A DNA stretch of 64,000 nt from Puccinia triticina (Eukaryota), in assembly GCA_026914245.1 (NCBI GenBank), contig CP110439.1:62001-126000 (forward strand), read 5' to 3'. The position numbers were made by a program, and so were the translations under genes. The notes under the pieces are model-generated. The model did no database searches. It had not been told where the DNA came from and worked only from the letters and a program-made list of their open reading frames with translations. This document shows positions 26,539 through 39,725 of this stretch, piece by piece. Every line of letters starts with the position of its first letter. The stretch's first letter is position 1.

Positions 26539-26871
26539 AAATGTTGGAGGAAGGCTCCCTTGTTCCATTTCTGAGGGACTGGTGTACTGTTTTCCAGTTA
26601 CATTGATTGACTTGAGTGTTTTGTAAATTGCAGGGTTGAATATTTGGACATCAAATTTGTCCCTGACTAAGTTTGAAAGGTTGGACAGAGTTGATTTTGG
26701 ATCTTCTTCCAGATGAAAAAGAATGTTAACCAAGATATCACTGGTAATCTTGGACTTAGAACCAGGGGAGATCTGTTCCAACTTTCCAGAGAGTACCATA
26801 TGTGATATTTTTTCTATAAATGTGTTAGAGGCCTTTGATGAAGAAAGATTGGAATTGATAGGTATGAACAA
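26539..26871 (-). pseudogene. Tc1/IS630-type transposase, 5' HTH part
   Basis: SKITSDILVNILFHLEEDPKSTLSNLSNLVRDKFDVQIFNPAIYKTLKSINVT resembles the winged-helix region of Tc1/IS630 transposases and continues into the DDE half once 22250-26538 is removed. Confidence 0.7.
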
Positions 26872-26889
26872 GACTGGAAGTTAGCTAGA

Positions 26890-27050
26890 ACTCAGTTGGA
26901 AATCATCCTGAAATAATCCATAAATCACAATAAATCATACAGAAATCATCTAGAATTCAGCCAGAACTCATCAAAAATATAGGCCTTGCTTGGATACATG
27001 ACCAGTGTGTTCTTTTCATAGAGATGTGAAAGGCCCAGCCTGTGATATTT
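26890..27050. repeat. Dispersed repeat also present at ~55978-56125
   Basis: CAGTTG-AAATCATCCTGAAATA...TCATCTAGAATTCA...CATGACCAGTGTGT...GAGATGTGAAAGGCCCAGC-TGTGATATT occurs at both loci; probably the upstream region of the Tc1-like family. Confidence 0.75.
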
Positions 27051-27069
27051 TCTCTCTGATGCAAGGTGA

Positions 27070-27245
27070 TGGTATCCACGTGGCTGTGGTGGTGGTGCAC
27101 AATTGGTGTCCATATGGTGTCCACGTGGTGGTGTCCATGGATCCTACACAATTATGGAGGTGTCCACAGGTGGAGCCATGCTGTGGTACATGGGTGGAGC
27201 CAAACAACAACCCTGGAGGTGTCCACAGGTGGAACCATGCCATGG
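27070..27245. repeat. Degenerate tandem repeat (GGTGTCCAC-rich)
   Basis: Several GGTGTCCA(C/T) units, including two TGGAGGTGTCCACAGGTGGA(G/A)CCATGC copies. Confidence 0.6.
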
Positions 27246-28579
27246 GCAGAGCCAAACCACACCACTACATACACTATAAATATGTCCTTGATTCTAATTC
27301 TATACTATTTACAATGTCTCTGCAGTATGTGATTATGTTTATGAACACAGTATAATACTACACTGAGTGTAGCTAGCCTAGTGGTTCCAGTGAGTGAATA
27401 GGGTTTAAATGACCTGTAGAATTCAATTATGCAATAATACATCTCAAAATATGTCTCCTTCTCAATAGCAAACTCCAACTTTATGTGATTTGATACTTGA
27501 AACACATTTGGACACCACAGCGTGAGAGTTATGCAGTCAAAGTACAACTTCTTTGTTTGGCCATATCTTTCCCAAAACTTATCCAGACAATTTCATAGAA
27601 CATGTAATGAGTAGCCAAGAAGCTCAGCCACATTCTACAATATTTCTTTTATTTTTTAAGCAACTTGTTACCACCAAGCAACCCAAGGAATTTGAGTCTC
27701 AGTTTTTTCCCATGCAGAGGCATGCATTTTGTGGCCCCATGCAGCTAGACAAAACTGCTAAATGATGGACTTGGGAAGCCCATTTTAGAGGGAAGATGAA
27801 GAAGGATGGTCTCCAATGTTGGTGAGGAGAAAGGCAAGATGAAGGCCTTTTCTCTCATCTTTTCCATGCCACTCTATATAGTATGCACTGTGGTTAAAAA
27901 GTTATTCAATTTTTCTGTGCCAAATTCAAAAATCTTCACTCATTCCTAAGTCCCTCCTTTGGAGGAGGAGCTAAGTTTGCTTCAAAGCCCATAGAAGCTG
28001 CTTGGGGGATACAACACCATGGGAGTTTGCTTGGCACTTGCATGCAAGTGCCATTGCACAATATTGTTTGAGAACCCTGTTAGATATATCCTGGAACTTG
28101 AGCTTCAATTTATTCTGGGTTCATGATGAGTTTATGTTTAAATTATGCTCAATTGAGCTGAAGGCACTTTGGAAAGGAGTTGAATTCAATTGAAAACCAG
28201 CTCCAACTTGACTCTAGATATTACTGGAACTATTTTAGAACACATTTTCAACTACCTTGGAAAGCAATATCAAATACTTGGCAAAAACAAGGTATTTACC
28301 ACAGGAATTATATATTTCTAGAGCTGGCCCCTATCATCTATTGGTGGGTACTTGGCACCTGTGGAAGTGTGCAGGTGGCCGCTGTGGTGATCAATTCTGG
28401 AACACGTGTCAAATTGTCCACGGAGCAATCAGTGCACCGCACAGGCGGTGCGGAAGCGGTGCGGAAACGGTGCGGAACGGAGTGGAGAGCACAACTGAAG
28501 GTGGCGGTGTGCGGAGCTCGCCGGCGGAACTGGACTTGACTTAAGCAGGCCGGCGCGGACTGGATATAGTATAGGCTGT

Positions 28580-29600
28580 TGTAAGAATACATGCCAAGGG
28601 GAACGGGCCCACTCGCCTAAGGCAAGGAGGGTACCGCAAACCACAATAGCTGCGGAAGAAGGTGAGCCAAGCGAATCCTTCTCCGCAGTCCAAGCTGCTC
28701 GCGGGGTTGGGAAAACTGAGCGCATCTTCTTGATGAATGCAGGTACCGACCGACCACAACAGCAGCAAGATTGACAAAGCAAGCAAACCTTGCCGATTGT
28801 CATTACTGGAACGGCTCTCGTCTACCACCTCTGTTGAGTAATAGAGTTCCCGCCCTGATAACTGACAAGGAAGAAGCTGACAGCTCTTCCCCTCCAAACA
28901 GGCAAACAGCCCGAAGGAAGAACTCGAGCAGCATCTACCGCGAGCCAAATAGGCAAAGCAAAAGGTAAGCAGCCGAGTTCCATAAGCTAGGAAAAGAAGC
29001 TGAGGCAGAGGACTGAAACGACGATTCTGTTAAAGCAGATATTGTCGGCAGCCCGCACCAAGCGTAAACCCTAAGCCAAGGTGGCAAAAGAGGATCAACC
29101 TCAGCCCAAGTAAGAAAACCTTACCTAAATCCACAAGGGAAGAAAAGGGTCAAACACTGACGCTGATACACAACATCAATAGATCAGCCGCAACTTCGCG
29201 GAACAGCAATATCCCTTCTTCCTCACTCAAACCTAGACAGCGGTCCTTTAGTCTGCTTCTAGGTAAATACTTATTTCTATTTTAATCTCCTCACGTTCTT
29301 ATGCTAGGATTGTTACTACAACTCAAACTACTGTCTAATGAAATAAATATTCTAGTTCTCCTAAATTTCTCAGATTTACAGTCTCAACGCTCCAACCTCG
29401 AGGAAGTTTTAGGACACTGGAAGCAGGCTAATCAACGATGGCCGATTCCGATGTAGGCGCAAGCAGCTCCAGCGATGATGGCAAATCATCCATGAAGGTG
29501 CCAAAGTTCTTGGCTCACCTTCTTCCGCAGCTATTGTGGTTCGCGGTACCCTCCTCGCCTTAGGCGAGTGGGCCTGTTCCCCTTGGCATGTATTCTTACA
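28580..29600. mobile_element. 1021-bp element with TGT..ACA ends, ~92-bp TIRs and a 5-bp TSD; no coding region recognised
   Basis: 28580-28671 (TGTAAGAATACATGCCAAGGGGAAC...) is the near-perfect reverse complement of 29509-29600; GCTGT flanks both ends (28575-28579 and 29601-29605). Confidence 0.9.
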
Positions 29601-30328
29601 GCTGTGACTGGGGGAAGCCGTGGCAGCCAAAGCAGGCTACGTCAGCGGGCGTAGCTGGGGCAGAGGCGGCGTGTGGGATCCCGGCATTGAAGGCTAGACA
29701 GGGGCAAGGAAGCTAAGGCAAGAGGAGTCCGACGGCAGTCAAAGGCAAGTGGCAGAGACGACAGGAGTTAGCATGAGAGCAGAGCTTGGCGGATGATGTG
29801 CATGTGTGTGTATAGTGCTTGGTGGATGAGGAGTGTGTGCGTGTGAATAGAAAAACACAGTGGGGGGGGAGGATTCTGCATCATACTCCCCACAGACTCT
29901 CTTTTTAACAGTTTTACTTTACTTTATGGATTGTTGTGCTTCTTTTACTTTGTGTACGTTGCAGAGCGGACTTGCTTTATGTGTTATGGTTGTGCTTTGC
30001 AAAGTTTTGTGCTTGCTTTACAGCTTTTTCTTTGCGGTTTTGCGGATTTTTGTGGCGGAGTTATCTTCTTTATGCGGCGGAGCTTTATTATTTTACGTGC
30101 TTTACTTTATTTATTCTCCGGCTGTTTCTTTTTGGCTGGAGTTCTACCATTCGCCCCTCAACTCGGTCTTCATTGATTAGGTCCCGCGAATCAATGAGAT
30201 AACTACACCGCAGTCCTCTGATTGGGTCCTATGACTCAATGAGCGGTGCTCTGCGCCTCTACTACTAAAAAGAACCGTAGTTTTTATCTTATCTTTAGCA
30301 GCCCTTTGTGCCTCTACTTCATATATAA

Positions 30329-30542
30329 ACTGCCAGCATAATTGGCTGGGTTGAGGTTATCCCAGTTAAACTGGGATGCACTCAACCAATTTAAACTTGG
30401 GTGATCTCAGCTGATGAAATACAAATCCAAGGTACCCCCCTTTGGTTTATATTAAATTGGTTGAGATCAACCAAGTTTAAATTGGTTGAGTGCATCCCAG
30501 TTAAACTGAGATGACTTCAACCCAGCCAAATATGCTGGCAGT
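30329..30542. mobile_element. MITE-like palindrome
   Basis: ACTGCCAGCATAATTGGCTGGGTTGA... pairs with ...TCAACCCAGCCAAATATGCTGGCAGT over ~80-90 bp arms; no clean TSD found. Confidence 0.75.
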
Positions 30543-30744
30543 GATAATAGTGAAAAGGGAGACAGGAGGCCCGGTCGGGGCTGGAGATACTGTGCTGCGT
30601 GGCTGTGGGCCAACAAGACATACACCTATGGGCAAGTGTGGGCAGGTTTGGCTGTAAATACCCGGGTACCTGCCAAATTTTCCTTGGAATCCTAGACATC
30701 CACATCCGCATCCGCACCTGTTGGCAGGTACCTGACGGCCCACG

Positions 30745-30862
30745 GGGGTACCCGCCAGCGGATAGCAGGTACCCGCCAGCAGATAGCAGGTCCGCCAGCA
30801 GATAGCAGGTACCCGCCAGCGGATAGCAGGTACCCGCCCGCGGGTTTGTTTGGCCATCTCTA
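30745..30862. repeat. 21-bp tandem repeat next to a hAT-like terminus
   Basis: About 4.5 copies of GGTACCCGCCAGC(G/A)GATAGCA, followed by TTTGGCCATCTCTA (reverse complement TAGAGATGGCCAAA). Confidence 0.65.
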
Positions 30863-32521
30863 ACTAGCACCAGGAAAAAACAATGATCACTTGTCTGCAG
30901 GTGGCACAGCAAAGTACAAAGGGTCCTTTTACTATTTCATGTCACTTGTAGTCAAGTGATCACTGTTTTTTCCTGGTGTAGGTGGATCATATCAGGCTCA
31001 TTTCAGAGTGCTGAAGAGATACATAAGTTGCAGAAGACCAGCGCCAGCAACCATTCAAACCTGGAGTTATCTAGAAAAGAGGTAGAGAACCTTATCTTAT
31101 CAGGCAACACACTCTTATTTTTAAAACGGGAAGTCCTCCAATGTAAGAGCTGCTAAGTTTTGACAGGTGTCAAAAGTATTGCTTTAACCAAAGCCTGTTT
31201 GAACAATGCCCTCCCAAAACCTATGAACTCATTTTTGTTTGATTTGGGATTCAAGAGAGGTTTTGGAGGGATCAAAACTCAGGAAGATAGCAGGTGCAAG
31301 TACTGATGTAGGCAGACAAAACTGTCTACATACTCAAAACCTTGATAGCCTGTACCTGAGTCAAGATATATGTAAAGAGATGAAAATTTAGAAAGTTTTC
31401 CCCAGCCAAATGGAATTCCGCTGCTACTCTGTAAGTCATAGAGCAAAGAGAAATAATATTATCAATAGAGAATATTCAAAGGGAAATACAAAGTATTTAT
31501 AGTAGACACAAAGTGTCATAGCGTAGTAAGTACAGCCAAGTATTATGTAATATTACATAAATAGTAGTATGAATCCCAATAGTGGATTAAACTAGACCGT
31601 GCTACAACAGCAAGACCCCCTCGGAGGGTCACTTCGCAACAGCGCGCCCGCGCCTCCGATCTAACTTAACCCAAGTCCCTCTCTTTGTGGAGGGGGGCGC
31701 CATCCCGCAGGGACCCTTGAGGAGGAGGGAATTAGCTAAGAGCATCAGCATTGGTGGCTAAGTTAGTTTGGACTAACTAGCTCGGATTATGCTCGGAATA
31801 AGCTAATCCAATCAGCCAACCGCATGGGTGGGGATTAGCGGGTCCAAGGCTGTTGGAGGTTATGTGTTTAGGTGCCTGTATGTTATGTGTTTGGCACCTA
31901 AACACATAGAGCTCATGCTTATGGGCATGTTAAATATTCATTGTGTGTTTAGTCCGAGGACTAGTGAGGTCTACATGTAGACCCCACTAGCTCCAAACAG
32001 AGCTCCGGGTCAAGTTGATCCCGAGTTGATCCAAGCCGATGCGGATGCGGGGGTGTACTAAGTGCCCTAATCCGGGCTAACATAGTGCCAAATGAGGATG
32101 CTCTAAAGGCCTCCGATCAAGGGACAAAGTTTGTGAAAACCGCAAGCTTTTACATACACAGCAAAATTTTACAAACACATCAGCTGGATGGTCAAGAGCC
32201 CCCGGTAAGGATTAGATCCGGACCCTGAAGACCCGGAGATACCCAACCTGGTATTGGGTTGGGTATCCAATTGGGTGTACCGGCAACCCAATTGGGTATC
32301 CGACTGGGTATATGTATGAGAGGCTGGAGCTCGGAAAGTGTCTCCAGCCTATTGATTGATGATTGATTGGTGTGATCAATCATCAAATGTGATGCAAGCA
32401 GTTTGAGCAATTGATGATAGCAATCCTATGAAAACTTGTATGTTATTTTTATTTTGTTTTTTGGAAAATAACTCAATAAAAGTATTGGGTGAGAGAAAAA
32501 TGAGGAATTTTTCGGGGAATG

Positions 32522-34701
32522 TTAAGTTGAAGAGGATGGTGGGAGGATGTAATCAACATCAATCAAATTCTCATTGACCCAGTCCTTCAAGCAAATGAGT
32601 GCTTCAAGGGTATCAACGCACATCCGGTTTTGTGTATAATCCTGGATATGACAACCAGCTGAGAAAGCTCTCTCAGACGGATCACTGGATGCTGGGACTG
32701 AAAGGTAGGTTTGTGCCATGTTAGCGAGGCTGGGGAACTGGTCGGAGTTGACCTTTCAATACATAAGCGGATCTTGATCTTCGTCTTCACATTCAGAGGC
32801 CAGGTAATAGTCAATTTCATTGTCTACCGAGCACATTTTTCTTTGTTTTTTTGTGAACAGGCTGGATTTCAGAGTGTTTCTTGTGGCCTTTGGATTGAGA
32901 TCGTCATCTGTTTGTTCTTTGTTGTAGCGATCGTGTGTGAAAGTGCAGGCTTCCATCTTAAAGATCTCAAGAACTGTTTTTCGGTCAACTTTCATGAGCT
33001 CCAAATACTCCGGTCGAAGTACATTGGTTTTGATTTGAGGATCAAGCAAGGTCAAGCAGAGGTAGACTGGTTTTGCAATGGCTGCATTGAAATAGCCATG
33101 CAGCTTATCAAGCATTTCTTGGGCCAAAGGTATCAATTCACAAGCTTGGTACATGTTTGATGCCTTTATTGTCTAAAAAAATAAAACATTCAGTTTTTTT
33201 CCAGATGTGATGGGGAAAATTTTTGAAGAGAAGCCTACCTCTTCAATGTTTTTTATCAACATCAGGTATACCGGCGCAGCAAGCACTAAATTGGCAGTCT
33301 TGTCAGGGGAAATTGTCTGAGTTGCCTCATCAAGAGGCTTCAAGAAGTCACAGAGTTGTTTGACTTTGAGCCATTCAGTTTGGCTGAGGTCGTACTTATC
33401 AGTCAGGTCATGCGTGTTGCAAAACACCGAGATACACAAACAAAGTTTCCAGGCGCGTTCTAGCATATAGAGGTTGAATTCCAGCGCGTACTAACATCCT
33501 GAACCAAAGTTAGTTCCTCTCCTCGCATTCCAACAGTGATCTTCTTGAAGGATGCAGCTTTCTGGGGTGAGTGTTTCAAGAACAAGGTGAGCCCACTGAT
33601 CCGAGAGATGATAGGTTTGACTTCGACCAGAGGTGGAGGATCATTCAATAGGTCTGATAGACAATCCGGTACCAATGATCTTGATGCTGGAAGTTGGGTT
33701 GGCTTGGAGAACGCTTTGATTCCCGCTTGAGCAGCAATATTAATCACATGTGCCATAAAATTGAGGCAGCACTTCTGATTATCAAATGAAACAAGAGAGT
33801 TTAGATGAGCACCCATTGTTTGGTTGTTGGATGCGTTGTCCGTGGTAATGCAAAATTTTTTGTCACCGATGTTGAAATCTTGGAGCACATTGCCTAAATG
33901 ATCTCCAAGTGAGACTCCCGTGTGACTTCCCTCCACAAGTCGGGCACCCAGGATGATTGAACGTAGAGAGAATTTGGCATTGATCCAGTGTGCTGTAACT
34001 CCGAGTACTGAGCAATTGCTTGGGGAAGTCCAAGTGTTGCAAGTCAGGCTTATTTTTGATTTGAGTTGTCAAAGCTGCTCATGGAGCACGTTCTTTCCTT
34101 CCCAAAAGGTTTTTTGAACACAATCCAAGATAGTGTCTTTGCAGCAGAGAAGCTTCTCAAGGGTTGGGTTGCAGAGACGAAGGAAGCGGTGAAAGTTTTC
34201 ATCCTCAACGGTGTAGAAAGAAATGTTGCAGGTGACAAAAAAGCGAGTCACCGCCAAAGTCAAGGATTCGCAATCGAGTAGCTTCTCTTTGTGCAAGAAT
34301 TTGCTGATCACACCAGTACTTGCCTTTTCTTCATATATCTGATGTTTGCCATCCAAGTGATTCGCCATACTTTTTGTCGAGCATTTTTTGTCAACTGCTA
34401 GTTTTGAGTTGCAGATGCCGGTACCTTCAAGATTAGAGTTTACCTGGCAGACATTGTAAGTGATGTTTTCAACCATTACCGTTTTGAAATACTGCCAGAC
34501 CCAGCTCTTCTTAATTGCCCTGTTTGGTGTTTCATTGGGTGTGGGGGTCAACACTAACTTGACACAAGTCCCCCCTGGTGGGAGGCTCACTGTGGCCGGC
34601 CGCAAAGCGGCCCCTTTTGCAGGGAGGGACTTGTGCACAAAGTCAAAATTTTGGCTGAGAAAGAAATCACCAATGGCTGGAGGAAAAATACTTAGCATCA
34701 C
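32522..34701 (-). pseudogene. hAT transposase (frameshifted); element probably spans ~32183-36344
   Basis: BED finger KSWVWQYFK..C..C..STKSMANHLDGKH, ITTDNASNN, MAHVINIAAQ, QDVSTRWNST, dimerisation motif YLSVPASSDPSERAFS. Degenerate ends GGATGGTCAA (32186) and TTGACCATCC (36332), both next to TACCC/GGGTA-rich repeats. Confidence 0.9.
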
Positions 34702-34886
34702 CCAGCCTCCCCCTCAGCTCCTGTGGACCTGCCCCAGAGCCAAATTACACTTCTCAATCTCAGCTTTCAAATGGCGCTGGTCTCATCTCCTCAATCCTTA
34801 TCATTTTTTCTGTACTAATGTTTTAAAAATAAAAAAACACAAAGAAATGTAAACCAAGGAATTACAACCCTCATGCCTTGTGGATA

Positions 34887-35631
34887 CAGACTTACTTCGC
34901 GCACTGCAAAAAACTCTTCGCGCACTGCACAGTGCGCGCAGTCCCAAACACTTCGCGCACTGCGGGTGAAATACACAACTTTTTCAAGATTTCTTTTGAC
35001 CAATCAATAGAACACCTTTTAATTGGCCTCTCTGAATTTTTTGGGAGTTTTTTGAAGCATTCTTCCGTGTTAACAAAATCATGAAAAACTAGAGCAAATG
35101 TAGGATGTGGGGGCCTTAAAAACAAGGTTCCCATTGCCCAAAAATTCCAAATATTTTCTTGAGTAATTAAAGATATGAGGACAGCTCTTTTAGAAATTTT
35201 TAGCTAATTTGTGGAAGGATAAGGGTCCGAAAAATGAGGATATTTTAGAGGCAATGTGCTATCATGGGGTGAAATTTCCTCATTTTGCATACCCTTATTT
35301 TTGCACAAAGTGGCTCAAAAGTATCAAAGTAGCTGTTCTTATATATTTCATTACTCAATAAATGATTTGGAATTTTTGGGCTATAGGAACCTTGTTTTTT
35401 AGGCCCCCACATTCTACCTTTGTTCTGGTTTTTTATGATTTTTTTTAATGTGGAAGAATGCTTCAAAAAACTCCCAAAAAATTCAGAGAGACCAATTAAA
35501 AGGTGTTCTATTGATTGGTCAAAAAAAATCTTGAAAAAGTTGTGTATTTCACCCGCAGTGCGCGAAGTGTTTGGGACTGCGCGCACTGTGCAGTGCGCGA
35601 AGAGTTTTTTGCAGTGCGCGAAGTAAGTCCG
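34887..35631. mobile_element. 745-bp foldback (non-autonomous, hAT-type) element with an 8-bp TSD
   Basis: Arms of ~340-370 bp are inverted copies (CAGACTTACTTCGCGCACTGC... / ...GCAGTGCGCGAAGTAAGTCCG); TGTGGATA duplicated at 34879-34886 and 35632-35639. Confidence 0.92.
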
Positions 35632-36381
35632 TGTGGATATTGGACTCACAAGCCTGCAGATATCTGCAGATCCTACACCTGTAGCCACCCAATTGTTGCA
35701 GATAGGATATTCAATTGTGCATATTATCAGAAAATCCAAAATCGGATCTTCAGTGCAATGGAATATCCTCCAGGATTCCTTTGACCTCCAAAACGGATTC
35801 CTTCAATCAGTTTTGGAGTTTATGCCTCAAAAACTTGGGGGAGGGTGCCCATCAGTACTGCCAAGAAAATTGTCTATTCAGTTTTTCTTGTACATATTTT
35901 GGTGGATTTTTAAATTGTGTTTTTGTGTTTTTAGGATTGAAAATCCTTCCTTTGTCTGCCAGCCTGCAGACATTATTCATAAGCCTCTCCTACGGAGAGC
36001 CCTCCGGGCGGGGTCCCCCGGACCCTCCGTTCGAGAGGCTTAGTTAAGCTAGGGGTCAACAGCTCAAGGTCTGAGTTTGCGGGGTCCTCGAGTTCATCAG
36101 GTGTTCGCTTCGAAGTCATCTTGATGGAGCCGCTACGTTGCCAAGTTACGCCGTGTACCCAATTGTTTAGACAAATTCAATGCAGCCACCACCGACTTTA
36201 ATACTTTATGATGAGAAGACCTGAGAAGACCCGGTGTACCCGACATCGGGTACCGGGTACACCGGATCTCATGTCGGCATACCCGGTACCCGACCCGACC
36301 TCCCGTAATCCTTAGCCCCCGGCCTGTCTTGTTGACCATCCCAACCGACTTTCAGTAGACACCACAAAAAAAGCTCGCATC

Positions 36382-37520
36382 ATGCCAATTAAGTCAAAGC
36401 AGCCAGCCAGGCAAACCAAGAACAAGACCAAAAAAGCGCAGGTTCGCCAGCGATCCTCAAGCCCGGTTGATGAAAGGCAGGAAAAATCGGGGGATGGCCA
36501 GGAGATAGAAGACCAAAGTAGCGATGAGGAGGCTCCCAGGTTGGATCAGCCTGTCTTGGATATTGGTGACGTGTGTCCAAGACTGATCATGATATGCCTT
36601 CAAAATCAACCAATGCGTGCATTCGCAAATAGGTTGGATATGACGAACTTGTTGAAAGCTTTGGAAGATCAATCTAAACAAAAATTGGCGAAGAAACAAA
36701 ACAAAACTTTCCAAGAGATCGAAGCCGTCCTCCAAGGCGCTCTAGTCGAGCGATTAAACAACTTGATTCAAACTCAAGAAAGCGAATTGTAAGCTTATGA
36801 TCACCGCATCCTTCGATTCGTTCGGCCTACTTGCCATTAGGGGCAAAAAAAGGTTCGCATAAAGAATGCATGACAAACTAATGACGCATTATTGGTGTTT
36901 TCATTGGCCTGAACATCCACGGTACATCCGATACGGTCAAGAGAGGGAATCGTTTCGGACTATTTTAATTTCAAGGCGCAGACTGAGGACCAGAAAGACG
37001 AATTAATAAAGGAAATCATCAACCAGCAACAATCCTTTCAGGTAGTAGAGCACAATTTCTCCAAGATATCTCTTCGGATCACACAACGTCTGATCAGGTG
37101 ATCCTATTCACTAATCGATCAAATCGTATTCTCTTCTAAAACAGACTCTTTTGAAGATGTTAGAGGATAACCTGGATAAGTACATCAAGAAAGTTGAAGG
37201 ACAATCAAGCTCCGCAATTCAGCAGCTTTCTCAACTCGATCGCCGTAGGTCCCTCTTCTATCAGATCATTTGTTTGTCAAAGAATAATCCTGACACGGTG
37301 GTGCATATTCAATATGCATTTGAATTTTCAACTTAACTCATCCCCGCACCGAGGAAGGAAACGGCCAGCTTTACGATTTCATCGCTCAACACCGTCGAAG
37401 ATCGAGCCCTTAATCCACTTTCATCACACGTCCTAGATTGCAACTTCGGCTCCAATTCAAAACGAGATCAGATTCAGAAGACTCAGGAGGAGCCCGGTTC
37501 AGACACAAGTGGAGGCATAA
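36382..37520 (+). CDS. Hypothetical multi-exon coiled-coil protein
   Basis: Basic/acidic N-terminus, then helical K/Q/E-rich exons joined in phase (tt|GTAAGC..AAG|a; cag|GTAGTA..CAG|act); CpG-rich unlike flanking TEs; the 3' end is uncertain. Confidence 0.6.
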
Positions 37521-39725
37521 CTCGATTCTCAACACTCTTGTTTTTCTTTCTCATTATTGCACGTTTTGCTGTTATCATCATATTAACCTTTACTAAAGGC
37601 CAAGGCGGCTGCGCCGCTGCAACCTCCCAGAGCCTGTTTTCATACTTTTCTTTTTATTCAACCTGCATAAATTGTGTTGTATTGTTGCAGCAATTCTATT
37701 CCTGATCTGTCAAAAAAAAATCATGGGATTAATCTGAATGTGTCACTGTTGCCACTTGGGATTCTCAAAGTTAAAAAAACAAAAAAATTGTGGCGTACTT
37801 CTACACCTTCTTTGCAGGAAAATAAACAAATTACATAAGCAGATAGTTTACAGGAACCACAATGAAGGTCTTAAGATCTTTTGCAATGTGCTAGTGTTTC
37901 AAAACTTTGAGAAACCTAACTGTCAGGTAGTCTTATCCTGTCAAATCTTTCCTTCAATTAAACTGCATGGATTTATCAACTTCAACAAAGTGCTTCAAAC
38001 AACATTTTGTTAATCATATCCATTCAGCACTGTTTTTAAGAGACAAGGCTTTTTTTTGTTACTCATTATTTTGCTTCAGTTCAGCATTCACAATTTGGTC
38101 ACCAGCAGCAGTGGATTTGGTTAGATCTATATTGATGTTTTGAGAATGGGTGGCTTGTGGCAGATTAAAGGCTGTCAAGTTACCCTTTAACCAGGGGAGG
38201 AGAGCTTGAGGTTCTTGCAGGAATTCCAGCATTGTCAGGGTATCATTTGAGGGGGGGGGGGGGGGTGGACTTAGTCAGTCCTACCTAGACAATGATGAAG
38301 ACACTCTCCGGCTTGAAGCTAGGGTAAGGGTTGGTGGTTGTGAGTGTTAATAGGTTTTGTGGAGCAAAGTATCAAGGGCCAAGAGACTGACTTAGGATGT
38401 TTTTTTTCATTGGCCTAATACTTGAGGGCCTCTCCTGGTGCTCCTTGGGCTTTACATCCTTGAAAAGAGTGCTGTATGGGGGGCCAATCCCCGGTTGCTT
38501 CTGGAAACCCTGCATGTTTGAGGCAAAATTTGTCCACGGCAAAACAACCTTTGGAGTTCTGTCTGCAGGACAGTTTGAACTTCCTGAAGTTGTTCTGGTG
38601 GTTAGTTTGTACATAACCTTTGAAAGTCCCCTGTAGCGGGGTTCATGTGCTGACAGTACAGTGCCAAAGGGAATGTATGGAAACTGTACAGCGGCGCCGT
38701 GTAAATCAAGCGTGTCATGAAGATTCACAAGGCGGGAGCAACCTTTATCTACAAGCCTCATGATTGCACATCAGAATCAAGAACACCAAAACTATTTTGG
38801 CCATGCAAAGCGGGCACAAACTTATTCTTGAGATAAGGGGAGCCAAGAGTGACTGTACCTTGGATTGCAGTCATTGTAGACCGTGCTGGGTGATGATTGA
38901 TTGTGTGTGCACGACGGCTTGCACTGGTATGGATTATTGGTTGCTGAGGATGAGGCTGAGCCCTGTCAGTTCCTGCTTGCATATGGGGAGGTCAATCATC
39001 ACGGGATGGGTTTCTTTTGTGTTTCTTACCCTTCAGCAGCCTGGCCATCTGTGCAAGTACTGACTAGTGTAGCTCAAAATGCCAGCCCAGACACCAACAC
39101 AAGATCACAGTCCGCTAAGGGCTGTAACCAAGCAAATAGAGAATCACTTTGCATCATTACGCGACTATCACCAACCGCCCTCCTTGGGCCTCCGCGGCCA
39201 AAAGTCTCCAGATAAATACAAGTTTCATGTGATATAGTCCCCAACAGAATAAAGAAAGAGCAAAAAAAACTACCATTCAAAAGATTTTCTGTGCTTTTTT
39301 GTGTGTGTGTATACATTTATTTTTTTGGAAGCAGGGCGAAGTGATGAGAGCAGAAAGAAACAGGAAAACCTAGGAAAACACTACAAGGAAAAAAAAGCAG
39401 ATGGGTGTGGATGCGTGCAAGCCCGTGCTGGAACATGCATCATATACCCACGTCCAAAAAAAAGCCTTGGTGATGCAGTGGTGTCTGCATGTTTTCCTGG
39501 ATAATGATAATAATGATGATGATATCTGGTTTCTGACAATGGTGTAAGACTGTTAAGATGATATACTTCAATGGTAAGATTTTCCTGATGCATGGAGCCA
39601 CGCTCCTTTTGTGGAGTTCGTTGTTTTTTTTTATTCTAAAACTTCACCCTGATAGTAAATCCGAAAAACAGCAACAAAAAGATGAGCAGATGACTTGAGG
39701 ATTGCGATAGGAAAGAAGGACTGAC

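Noticed and set aside
30255..30285. TCTACTACTAAAA resembling a Helitron 5' end
   Set aside because: No matching hairpin-CTRR end or Rep/helicase identified.
38372..38982. Broken minus-strand ORFs that look like a decayed gene
   Set aside because: No family could be assigned; CpG-depleted repeat-like context.
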